From NCBI RefSeq assembly GCF_963921235.1, contig NC_086097.1, positions 21,144,001 to 21,208,000 on the forward strand: a stretch of DNA of 64,000 nt. Direction: 5' to 3'. Each line of letters begins with the position of its first letter. Positions within the stretch are counted from its first letter, which is position 1. The notes beneath the pieces were generated by a model. The model was not told the DNA's origin and searched no databases. It worked only from the letters and a program-made list of their open reading frames with translations. The stretch is from Mobula hypostoma (Eukaryota). Of the stretch, positions 50,135 through 61,549 are shown piece by piece. The position numbers were made by a program, and so were the translations under genes.

Positions 50135-52505
50135 GACGACTGCGCAAGTGCGTGGACGTCAGCGAGTTAGACCGGCGCAAGTTTAAAAGGAGACAGCTTT
50201 AAAGAGTGGGCGCCAGAGCACAGCGAGACAGAGTAGGAGGGCTTTGGCGATAATGGGTTGAGGCAAGATAGGTTACCTGTGAAGAATAGAAACAGGACGT
50301 ATGTCTGTGAGGCCGGTATTCTGTATAGGGTGTCAGATGTGGGAAGCCCTGGAGACTCCCAGTTTCCCGGAAGGCCTCATCTGTGCCAGGTGCGTCGAGC
50401 TGCAGCTCCTTAAGGACCGGATTAGGGACATGGAACTGCAGCTCGATGACCTTCGTCTAGTTGGGGAAAGCAAGGAGGTGACAGAGAGGAGCTATAGGCA
50501 AGTAGTCACACCAGGACCTCGGGAGACAGATAAGTGGGTTACAGTCAGGAAGGGCAAGAGGCAGATATTAGAGAGTATCCTAGTGGCTGTTCTCCTTAAC
50601 AATAAGTACTTCTGTTTGAGTACTTTTGGGGGGGGGGTTAACAGCCTACCTGGGGGAAGCAACAGTGGCCATGCCTCTGGCACAGAGGCTGTCCCTGTGG
50701 CTCAGAAGGGTAGGGAAAGGAAGAAGGCAGCAGTAATAGGGGACTCTATAGTTATGGGGTCAGACAGGCGATTCTGTTGATGCAGGAAAGAAACACGGAT
50801 GGTAGTTTGCCTCTCTGGTGCTAGGGTCTGGGATGTTTCTGGCTGCGTCCACGATATCCTGAAGTGGGAAGGTGAACAGCCAGAGGTCGTGGTACATATT
50901 GGTACCAACGAATACGTAAGAAAACGGAGGAGGTCCTAAAAAGACTACAGGGAATTAAGAAGGAAGTTGAGAAGCAGGACTTCAATGGTAGTAATCTCGG
51001 GATTACTGCCTGTGCCACGCGACAGTGAGTATAGGAATAGAGTGAGGTGGAGGATGAATGCATGGCTGAGGGATTGGAGCAGGGGGCAGGGATTCAGATT
51101 TCTGGATCATTGGGACCTCTTTTGGGGCAGGCGTGACCGATACAAAAAAGACAGGTTGCATGAATCTGAGGGGGACCAATATCCTGGCAGGGAGGTTTGC
51201 TAAGGCTATTGGGGAGAGTTTAAACTAGGATTGCTGGGGGGTGGGAACCAAACTGAGGAGATGGAGGAAAGGCAGGTGATAGAGAAGGGATGTGCTCAGA
51301 CCGATGGTTTGAGATGTGTCTATTTTAATGTAAGAAGCATCATGAACAAAGCGGATGAGCTTAAGAGTGTGGATCAGTACTTAGAGCTAGGAGGTTGTGG
51401 CCATTACAGAGACTTGGATGGTCCAGGAGCAGGAATGGTTACTTAGAGTGCCAGGCTTTAGATGTTTCAGGAAGGACAGAGAGGGAGACAAAAGAAGTGG
51501 GGACCTGGCACAGCTGATCTGTGTCATGGCTACAGAAAAGGAGGAAGTCATGGAAGATTGTCTACTGAGTCTCTGTGGGTGGAAATTAGAAACAGGAAGG
51601 GGTCAATAACTCTACTGGATGTTTTTTATAGACCACACAATAGTAACAGGGACGTCGAGGAGCAAATAGGGAGACAGATTCTGGAAAGGTGTAATAATAA
51701 GAGTTGTCGTGGTGGGAGATTTTAATTTCCCAAATATTAACTGGCATCTCCCTAGAGCAAGGGGTTTAGATGGGGTGGAGTTTGTTAAGTGTGTTCAGGC
51801 AAGTTTCCTGACACAATATGCAGATAAGCCTACACAAGGAGAGGCTGTACTTGATCTGGTATTGGGAAATGAACCTGGTCGGGTGTCAGATCTCTCAGTG
51901 GGAGAGCATTTTGGAGATGTGCCCTTAACTCCTGGTGGAGTCGTCGGGGCGCTACCATGACAAGCTTTTTGCACTGATCTTTTTGGTATGCTCATCATAC
52001 GGTGTGTCTTGTGTATCTGAAACCTGGTGGAGACCATCCCTCTCCAGGTTTTTTTTTTACAAGGTCAATTTGTTAGCTCGACACTCAATCCAGGCACGGA
52101 TGGACAGCGTGCGAGGGAGCCGGCCAGATTCGAACTTGGGACCTCTCGCCCTGAAGATGATGAGAGGCAATGATCGTGTGGATAGTCAGAGGCTTTTTCC
52201 CAGGGCTGAAATGGCTAGCACGAGAGGGCACAGTTTTAGGGTGCTTGGAAGTAGGTATAGAGGAGATGTCAGAGGTAAGTTCTTTTTAACGCAGAGAACG
52301 GTGAGTGAGTGGAATGGGCTGCCGGCGATGGTGGTGGAGGCGGATATGATAGGGTCTTTTAAAAGACTCCTGGACAGGTACAAGGGCCTTAGAAAAGTAG
52401 AGGGCTATGGGTAACCTTAGGTAATTTCTAAGTAGGTACACTTTCGGCACAGCGTTGTGGGCCGAAGGGCCTGCATTATGCTGTACGTTTTCTATGTTTC
52501 CATAA
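50135..52505 (+). mobile_element. CR1 with 5' end (ORF1 zinc finger/coiled coil and SGNH esterase; EN), a large internal deletion and a 3' end
   Basis: CIGC..CARC, VIGDSIV, VVVHIGTN, FLDHWDLFW, CVYFNVRSI and VGDFNFP. An unrelated segment at ~51920-52155 is followed by TRGHSFRV and the 3' tail. Confidence 0.85.
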
Positions 52506-53036
52506 CGAGTTACACCAAGGAGATGATGGGGAAGGCGACTAAAAGTGTCATCAAAATTGTGTCTTTATAACAGGAAAAAGATAGACAACACAAGATGCTT
52601 CGAGAGAGAGAAAAACAATTCCATTGCTCAGTGGTCCAAGCAGCAAAAGGCCCAGCCATGAATGGCAGAGCGGTTACATTTGGGAATGATCAAGAGGCCA
52701 GAATTAGCACAGCATGCTGGGTTGTAGTATTGGAGGAGAATATAGATATTGAGGCCATGAAAGTATAAAGCTTTAATTTTAATGTAAAAGCATTGGGAGC
52801 CAGTGAACTTAGATGTGACAAGTGATTACAACATGGTAAAAAATTGGCCAGGGCACAGGTTGGAAGACTCATGTTTATAGAGAGTTGAATAAGTATCACA
52901 ATCAGGTGTATTATCACTGAAATATGTCAGGAAATTTGATGTTTTGTGGAGGGCAGCTGCAATGGTGTAGATTTGGGATAGGTTGAAGCTGGCAGGTAGG
53001 AAACAAGGCTTATCAATTAACATCCTGTGCATTTAC

Positions 53037-53199
53037 CTTAGCTGTTCTTTGCTCCGCTCCCATATGTCGTTAGTTTCCTCTGGTGACATGTGCAGGTCTA
53101 AGTTGCAAACATTTGGTTTCTGAGGGTAGGTTTTCAAACACTGCTTGGCCCAGTAACGTTGCCATCCAGGAAGAAAGGGATCCGTAATGAACATGAATC
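53037..53199 (-). CDS. ALKBH1: ALKBH1 exon 3 (163 bp)
   Basis: ctgcttag|GATTC ... CTAAG|gtaaat. Translates (G)[53 protein letters not shown](R). Phases fit exons 2 and 4. Confidence 0.95.
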
Positions 53200-53327
53200 C
53201 TAAGCAGAGGATCAGTCAAATAACTTGCAGCAAAATATTTTCAAATAACACACCTATATCAAGAGTATTTTGTATCTGTAAGTCAAACACAACAAGAGCT
53301 AACCAAAGCCCAGGGAGCTAGCACATT

Positions 53328-53764
53328 TGCAAGAAAAAGTTTGTGAACCATTTGCAATTACCTGTTTTTCTGTATTAATCACTCATAAAATGTGATCTGA
53401 TCTTCGTCTAAGTCACAATAATAAACAAATACAATCTGTGTAAACTAATAACACACAACCAATTGTACTTCTTCTCGTCAATACTGAGTACACCATTTAA
53501 ACAATTACAGTCTAGGTTCAAAAAAAGTATGTGAACCTCTGGGGTAGTGCCTTCTACAAAACCTATTTCACCAGCGACAAAAAGGCAGTTTCTCCTCTCC
53601 GTAGCAGAGCAATCTCACCAGCAATAAAAGTGTTCAATAAAGCCATGAAAAGTACACGTGTTTGTGTGTTATTAGTTTAGGCAGATTGTGTTTGTCTATT
53701 ATTGCCACATTTTATGAATAATTAATGCAGAAAGCCAGGTAATTGCAAAGGGTTCAGAAACTTG
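53328..53764. mobile_element. Tc1-derived non-autonomous element with long inverted arms
   Basis: aagtttgtgaaccatttgcaattacctg (~53337) is inverted to caggtaattgcaaagggttcagaaactt (~53736-53763). Internal direct repeat aaaagtatgtgaacc. Confidence 0.75.
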
Positions 53765-53944
53765 AACTGTACTTCCTTTGGCCTGGCTACTGATGACCTT
53801 TTTCAAGGCACTGAGTGCTCAAAGGTTTTCTGGCTTTACTTTGTTATGAAACAGTATAATAGTTATAAAGCTCTGATCTATCTTGTAAAAAAATGGGAAT
53901 GCACATCTTTGCAAGACATCAAAATTCATGCACAACAGGCGGGC

Positions 53945-54240
53945 TTCATGGGGTGTCACAGTAGCATAGTGGTTAGTGTGACACTATTACAAATCAGGGG
54001 TGTTCCGGAATTCAGAGATCAATTTTGGTATCCTCTGCGAGAAGTTTCAACACCCTTCCCGTGAACAAGTGGGTTTCTTCTGGGTGCTCTGGTTTCCCCA
54101 CACAGTTCAAAGACATACCGGTTAGTAGGTTGATTGGTCAATGTAAATTGTCCTGAGATTAGGGTGGGGTTAAATGGCTGGGTTGCTGGGCAGTGCGACT
54201 TGTTGGGCTGGAAGAACTTGTTCTGTGCTGTATCTCTAAA
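53945..54240 (+). mobile_element. V-SINE-like element
   Basis: tRNA-like head gtagcatagtggttag and V-core gggtttcttctgggtgctctggtttcc. Confidence 0.7.
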
Positions 54241-54339
54241 TTTTTTTTTAAGTACATGGTAGGAAAAGCTTTCTTTTGAATGACAATGTATTTTTAAATT
54301 TGTCCAGTTTTAGGCACAGCAAGAGATGTTTTCACTGTA

Positions 54340-55400
54340 TTTACTGGCCAGTTGGGGCTGGCTTCTCTTCAACCCACCTTAAAATGGGCCAGGACAGATG
54401 CAAAGTAGTCCAGGAAGAGGTGTGAGCAGCTGACGAGGAAGTCTGTCCCACCAATATGGTAGGAATGGGGCAGCAGGTAGCTTGGACAAGATGGGACGGA
54501 GCACTGAAGAGGGAGATCTCCTGGTCCAGCATCTGGCAGGTAAAACACCAGTGCATCAAATTCATGACCCAGGCTGTGTACACTGCCCTGCCTGATCCAG
54601 TGAAGCTTTATGCTGGGGCAAAAGTGAGGCACCATCATGTCCTCTCTGCCCTGGCAGAGGGGTCCTGAAACATATACTCAGCAGCTGGGCAAAAGCTCTG
54701 GGAGAAGGCCACTACTGCTGGTGCCATGACCAGGTACTGAAGGCAGTGGCAGAAAATATCTCCTCGGTTATTAACAACAGTAAGCACCTCCACTAACCCA
54801 GAAAGCCCATAGCCTTTGTCAAAGTTGGAGACCAACCACAGCTTCAGTCCAGATCACCAGCAAGCTTGCTCGCCACAGTGTCTGACTGGCAACTGAAAGT
54901 TGATCTTGGCAAGCAATTAAAGTTCCCTTACTTCATCATATCATCATCACTGAGGCCTGACATAGTCATTCTGTCAGAAACCTTGAAGCACGTGGTCATG
55001 GTAGTACCAACAGTTCTTTGGGAAGACTGGATTGAGGAGGCGTTCGAGTGTATGAAGGCCAAATATCAGGAGCTAGTATAGCAATGCCAGAGACAGGGAC
55101 GGAAGGCATGTTGCGAGCCTATAGAGGGGGGTGTAGAGGTTTTGCTGGCTGCTTGCTCTGCAGATCCTACTTTCTCTTTGGCATTATGGGAGCTGCAAAG
55201 AGAAGAGCCATCAGAACCATCACAGAGGCTGCTGACTGTGCCTCCGGATAGCTATGTGTCAAAAGGTGTGTCCTGTGGACCAATGCTGTTGCGAAAAAAA
55301 CTGGGGCCTGGTCACCCTTGGCTGGGTCGCTTGGGTGAGGGTACCTGATGTTGAAAGACCCAAAATACCTGAAAATCCCAGGTTACGTCACAGAACATCC
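54340..55400 (+). mobile_element. Degenerate non-LTR element with a restriction-like endonuclease (Hero-like), 3' part
   Basis: QQVAWTRWDG, DWQLKVDLGKQLKFP...LRPDIVILSE...TVLWEDWIEEAFECMKAKYQELV and GCRGFAG. Confidence 0.75.
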
Positions 55401-55574
55401 TAGTATAAATCTCAACATCATCTTGTTAATATTCCTAGAGACATTTACTGGAGAAGGTGTGGAGCTGAAAAATTTCTGCCTTGCCAAATAATATAGATTT
55501 TTTTGTCAATGTTTAAGACAAAGGCAATCTATCCTAAGGAAAGGTATTTTATTTTTGCTTTAACCCAGTGCAGC

Positions 55575-57716
55575 CATTACACAAATGTAAGAAAATACTA
55601 AAGAAGGAAATCAGGAAGGTAAAAAAGATGACATGAGGTTGCTTTGGCAGATAATGTGAAGGTAAACCCCAAGGATTTCTACAAGTATATTAAGAGTAAA
55701 AGGATAGTAAGGGACAAAATTGGTCCCCTAGAAGATCAGAGTGGTCGGCTATGTGTGGAGCCTCACGAGATGGGAGAGATCTTAAACACTTTTTTTGCAT
55801 CAGTATTTACTCAGGAAACTGGCATAACGCATATGGAAGGAAGGGAAACAAGCAGTAGTGTCATGGAACATATAGAGATTAAAGATGAGGAGGTACTTGC
55901 TGCCTTACAGCGAATAAAGGTAGATAAATCCCCCAGGCCTGACATGATATTTCCTCGGACCTTGAGAGAGACTAGTGTAGAAATTGCAGGGACCCTGGCA
56001 GAAATATTTAGAATGTCCTTAGCCACAGGTGCGGTGCCGGAGGATTGGAGGGTAGCTCATGTTGTTCTGTCGTTTAAAAAAGGCTCCAAAAGTAAACCAG
56101 GTAATTACAGGTGAGCCTGACATCAGTAGTAAGTAAATTATTGGAAGGTGTTCTGAGAGGTCGGATATACAAGTATTTGGACAGCCAAGGGCTGATTAAG
56201 GATAGTCAGCATGGCTGTGTGCGTGGTAGATTGTGTTTATCGAATCTTGTAGAGTTTTTCGAGGAGGTTACCAAGAAAGTAGATGAAGGAAAGACTGTGG
56301 ATGTTGTCTACATGGCCTTTAGCAAGGCCTCTGACATGGTCCCACATGGGAGGTTAGTTCAGAAGGTTCAGACACTAGGTATCCATGGAGAGGTTGTAAA
56401 CTGGATTTGAAATTGACTGTGTGGGAGAAGACAGAGAGTGGTAGTGGATGATTGCTTCTCAGACTGGAGGCCTGTGACTAGTGGTGTGCCTCAGGGATCT
56501 GTGTGAGAACATTGTTGTTTATTGTCTATATCAATGATCTAGATGATAATGTGGTAAATTGGATCAGCAAGTTTGCCGATGACACTAAGATTGGAGGCGT
56601 TGTGGACAGCGAGGAAGGCTTTCAAAGCTTGCAGAGGAATCTGGACCAACTGGAAAAATGGGTCAGAGAGTGGCAGATGGAATTTAATGCAGACAAGTGT
56701 GAGGTGTTGCATTTTGGAAGGACAGATCAAAGTAGGACATACACAGTAAATGGTAGGGCACTGAGGAGTGCGGAGGAAGAAAGGGATCTGGGAGTTCAGA
56801 TACATAATTCCCTGAAGTGGTGTCACAGGTAGACAGGGTTGTAAAGAAGGCTTTTGGCATCCTGGCATTCATAAATCAAAGTATTGAGTATAGGAGTTGG
56901 GATGTTATGGTGAGGTTGTATAAGACATTGGTGAGGCCAAATTTGGGGTATTGTGTGCAGTTCTGGTCACCTAACTATAGGAAGGATATCAGTAAGATTG
57001 AAAGAGTGCAGAGAAGATTTACTAGGATGTTGCCAGGTCTTCAGGAGTTGAGTTACAGGGAGAGATTGAACAGGTTAGGACTTTATTCCTTGCAGCATAG
57101 AAGAATGAGGGGGGATTTAATACAGGTTTACAAAACGATGAGGGGTATAGACAGAGTAAATGCGAGTAGGCTCTTTCCACTTAGATTAGGAGAGATAAAT
57201 ACGAGAGGACATGGCTTTAGGGTGAAAGGGGAAAGATTGAGGGGGAACTTCTTTACTTCACGTGTTGGACACGTGGCCAAGTGGTTAAGGCGCTTGTCTA
57301 GTGATCTGAAGGTCGCTAGTTCGAGCCTCAGCTGTGGCAGCGTGTTTGTGTCCTTGAGCAAGACACTTAATCACACATTGCTCTAGTGTCTGTGCGAGGA
57401 GTGGCGCCCCACACAGACTTCCAATCTGCACCTTGTAAGGCATGAAAATGCCCGATGCAGGCCTCTCATGGTCTGAGTTGATGTCCCCTCCCCTCTTCAC
57501 TCAGAGAGTGGTGGGAGTGTAGAACGAGCTGCCATCTGATGTGGTAAATGCTGGCTCACTCTTAAGTTTTAAGAATAAACTGGATAGATACATAGATGGG
57601 AGAGGTCTGGAGGGTTATGGACTGGATGCAGGTCAATGGGACTAGGGGAATAAAGTTTTGGCACAGACTAGAAGGGCTGAATGGCCTGTTTGCTGTGCTG
57701 TAGTCTTCTATGGTTC
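55575..57716 (+). mobile_element. CR1 RT fragment with 3' tail
   Basis: KVNPKDFYKYIKSKR, EDWRVAHVV, KFADDTK and LYKTLVRPNL. Confidence 0.9.
57262..57494 (+). mobile_element. tRNA-derived SINE with a CORE-like central domain, inserted in CR1
   Basis: A box TGGCCAAGTGG, B box GTTCGAGCC, central gtgtccttgagcaagacactt. Flanking direct repeat cttcac at 57256-57261 and 57495-57500. Confidence 0.8.
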
Positions 57717-58833
57717 TACACCCTACTGTACAAGTTCAGATACATACTTCTCTCCTGACATTATATATTTTGATTTTCATCATCATCATCCATTCTTGCA
57801 TGAGAAATCCTTCACATTTAAAAGCATTCATTGGAGTTTTTCAAGGTTCTAGGAGATCAGAAGCTATTTACTGCTTCCAGGCAGATGCTGCTGCACTCTC
57901 TAAAGTATCAGCTGGAGATAAGAGGCCTTTGATTCAGTATTTGTAAAGCAGAATTTTGAAATGAGGTAAAACATACAAAGCTCAAGCAGACTTACAAACC
58001 ACAAAAACACTATTAATGCTTTATAAATGACCAAAATTACAAATCCAGTCAATGGTTTTGTCTTCTTGGAAAATAATTGTGCTATTTTAGAATTACGTAT
58101 ATCATGCTATTTTGGAAGACTGGGTTTATAGAGTAGAATATGGGAAACCATCTGCAATAGTATTGGAATAATCAACTCTTTAATTCATAAAAAATTTTAA
58201 TATTTTGAGATTAGATCAAGTTTAAAGTAAAACTCAGTAGTAATAAATTTTCAGTTAAGATCCTGAATAATAAGGAAATAAAGATATGAACGTCCCAGAT
58301 TCTATGGTGACATCATAAATGACAAGACAGGCTCAGCCATCTGGAAAGTACAAAGTTAAAGGTCTGATTGAGCATTACCATGATATAAAATGAGAGACTA
58401 AAAAAAGGATTAGTTGAAGATAGCAGAGCACCATTCTCCATAGTTGATGCAGAAAAAAAAAGTACCTGCATTTAATTTACTGTCAGATCAGTTCAACTGA
58501 TTGTAGCTAATACTACCTGCAGACAACCAAGTCAACCGCTTGCTATTCCCAGAGCAGTGGTGCTTGACCATAATCAGCTTCGTTCAAGTGCTCGGCGCAT
58601 TATTGTAAAATGTAGTTCCCAGCTTTCAAAGAACCACTTCAGGCACAATAGGCCAAATGGTCTCCTTCTGTGCAGTTCAATACCAAGTATATTTTCAATC
58701 TGCAAACAGACGGCTCTCCACTGACAGATGAAGACACTGGTCATCATTCTAAGCAACACTCACAGTGGTTCTATTCATATTTCATTGAAAATGATAGAGT
58801 TGTAATCTCCTCAGGTTGCATGATGTACATTAC

Positions 58834-58942
58834 CTGGATACCCAGCTAAAGTATATGCTTTCCACTTGCTAACTGGCTGCAGTCCCGCTTTACAGGCATC
58901 TCTAGCGCTGACAGAGGCTGCATTAAGGGGAGCATTCAGAAC
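58834..58942 (-). CDS. ALKBH1: ALKBH1 exon 2 (109 bp)
   Basis: Acceptor ttttcctcttcag|GTT and donor CCAG|gtaatg. Translates VLNAPLNAASVSARDACKAGLQPVSKWKAYTLAGYP(G), matching human ...AGLQPVSKWQAYGLKGYPG as recalled. No exon 1 was found between 58943 and 64000. Confidence 0.93.
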
Positions 58943-59184
58943 CTGAAGAGGAAAAGAAAAGTTACACTATGATCTCAAATTACTAACACAATTGGGCAGA
59001 TGGCAAATAATTGAAGCAATTGCAGAATTATTTAATATTGTATTCTCTTAAATAGAGAAAATGGTTGTCAAGCTGAGGTGGTTAAGGTAATTAAATGTTT
59101 TGAATGTGGACATAGAGGGAAAATATTTCCATTGGGAGCTAAGAACAAAACAGCATAACCTTATGTTGTTTTAACATAATCTGT

Positions 59185-59490
59185 GGGTGGCACACTAGCG
59201 TAGCGGTCAGCACATCGCTTTATAGTGCCAGCCGTCATTGATCAGCATTAAATCCTGGAGCTGCCTATAAGGAGTTTTACGTTCTCCCCATGGCTGTGTG
59301 GTTTTCCTCTGGCTGCTCTGGCTTCCTCCCACATCCCAAAGGGTTAATGAGTTGTGGGCATGCAGTGTTGGCACCGGGAATACGATGACACTTGTGGGCT
59401 GCCCAGCACAATCCTCGCTAATTTGATTTGATGGAAAAGGCAAATTTCACTAAAGGCTTCCATGTGCATGTGACAAATAAATCCAATCTT
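59185..59490 (+). mobile_element. V-SINE-like element
   Basis: Head tagcgtagcggtcagc, V-core gttctcccc..gtggttttcctctggctgctctggcttcctcccacatcccaaa, tail gtgacaaataaa. Confidence 0.7.
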
Positions 59491-60071
59491 TTTAAAACAG
59501 TGCTACGCTATTCATAAAGGAAATCAGGAAACACTTTGAAGAGAGCAAATTTGGAACTAGATGAGACAATTGAAAATGTCAGTACTGATCTTGATTGTAT
59601 TTTGCTTGAATACCGGAGGAGTTAGAGCCAAGTGGGCACGTGGAGTAGAGATGAAGATAATCTATGAAATAATTGACTGGTGGAAAGGACTGAAGGACCA
59701 AATACTGTACTCCTGTCCTCTCTTTTTAAATCACCTAACTTCATACTGTATAATAGGGGTCGCCAACCCATCGGTCGCGATCGACCGGTCGATCTTTGAG
59801 ACTTTCCCAGTAGATCCCAAAAAAAATCAAAAATAAATACACAAATACTGTTGTAAAGTGAGCATTATAAAAATAAGTAATACTAATTAGGATAATGTCA
59901 ATATAGCAATACTTTTGCTACAAAGCTGTTTGTAAAGAGAGATTGTTTCCGGGTTGCGGGGTTTCAGTTCCGTTCTTCCTGTCCAGCGCGCATGTGTGTA
60001 GCACCCCCACCATGAACTGCATTTTCAGCGTAGCTTGTGCTGCATCAAAGCGACCAATTAAATTAGATACA

Positions 60072-60363
60072 CAGTGGTCCCCAACCACCGGGCCGCGAAG
60101 AATGCAGCAGTACAGTGGTAGTCAGAACGCACCAAGCACATCTTTAAGAAAAAAGCTGAAATAAACAAGCTAATTAATTAGGTGCCGCCCGACACGATTG
60201 CGTCGTCTCTGATCTGGGCCTACATTTTCGTGTCGGGTGGCACCTAATTAATTAGTTTGTTTATTTCGGCTTTTTTTTCTTAAAGATGTGCTGGGTACGT
60301 TCCGGCCACCGCTGTACTGCTGCAGCACTGCATTCTTCGCGGCCTGGAGGTTGGGGACCACCG
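60072..60363. mobile_element. Palindromic hAT MITE nested in the hAT element
   Basis: TIRs cagtggtccccaacc / ggttggggaccaccg and inverted arms of about 125 bp. Confidence 0.85.
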
Positions 60364-61511
60364 GATAAGAGTACAAACTGTCACAAACATCAATATATGG
60401 CACTCGCTCATGATATCCTGATAGCATGGCGGAGGCTCCACGAAAGAAGGCGAAAAAGTACAAATTCCATCCAGAATGGGAAGAGGAATTTCTATTTACT
60501 TTGGTGAAAGACAAGTGTGTACGTATGTTGTGCCACCAAACACAAGCACTGACTAAAGGAGGGAATCTGGAGAGGCACCACAACACCAACCACCAGGAAT
60601 TTAAAGACACCTACCCCCCAGAGAGCACAATTCGTGCCTGGAAAGTTGAGGAGCTGAAATCAGGGTTGAAGGCCCAGCAATCATTTTTCACAAAACATGC
60701 TGCTGAAAATAAGGCTGCTATTGAAGCATCATTTCGTTTAAGTCACCTTTTGGCCAAACACAAGAAGCCTTTTACAGATGGCGATTTATTCAAGGAAGCA
60801 ATGGCCATTACCACAGAGACTGTTTTTAATGACTTTAAAAACAAAAACGACATCACAACCGCAATACATAATATACCACTTGGCCCTGCAACAGTGACGA
60901 GGAGGGTAGAGTCACTGTTAGAGGACGTGGATATTTTTCACTACAATTCGATGAATCCCTGGATGTAATGCAAACAGCTCAGCTTGTTGTATTTGTCAGA
61001 ATGGCTTTCCAGGATTTTACAACAAAGGAGGACTTCCTCACTCTTTTGCAATTAAAGGAGAGAACGAGAGGTGAGGATATTTACAATGAGTTTAAAAAAT
61101 ATGTCTGTGAAAATGACAACCCCATTCATAAACTGGTGGCAATTACTACTGATGGGGCCCCAGCAATGCGCAGTGTGCACGTTGGTTTTATAGCAGTAAA
61201 AGTCAGTTTCTACTTCCGGTCAACTTATCTATGTGAAATTGCATTTTCACAGATGAAAAATTATTAAATATAAGTACAGGAGCTGTCTTACTGACAGACA
61301 CCTCACAGACTGTCTTGGACTGGCTGTCTGTAGTTATGAGCCAAATTTCAGGGAACTAGCAATAAGTATTCGGCCCCAGTCATCACACTGAGTGCAACAG
61401 TCAATTTTTATTCATTTATTTTTCGTGTTGAAATAAAATTAAATAATGAAACTTAGAATTAAAGGTGTGAAGTATTGTAATATTCTTAAAGAAAGATATG
61501 CTAGTTACAGT

Positions 61512-61549
61512 TAGTCCTGACGAAGGGTCTCAGCCCGAAACGTCGACTG
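61512..61549 (+). ncRNA. Minimal type-I hammerhead ribozyme motif, PLE-derived (intact core)
   Basis: tagtc-CTGACGA-a-gggtctcagccc-GAAA-cg-TC-gactg. Stem I is agtc/gact, stem II is ggg/ccc, stem III is the palindromic ACGT. Predicted cleavage is after 61544. Confidence 0.72.

Noticed and set aside
57262..57345. Possible tRNA gene (A and B boxes)
   Set aside because: There is no convincing cloverleaf. It continues into a CORE-like body and sits in a CR1 with a flanking direct repeat, so it is a SINE head.
60426..61267. Domesticated GTF2IRD2/ZBED-like gene
   Set aside because: It is frameshifted, internally deleted and bounded by TIRs and a TSD, so it is a transposon relic.
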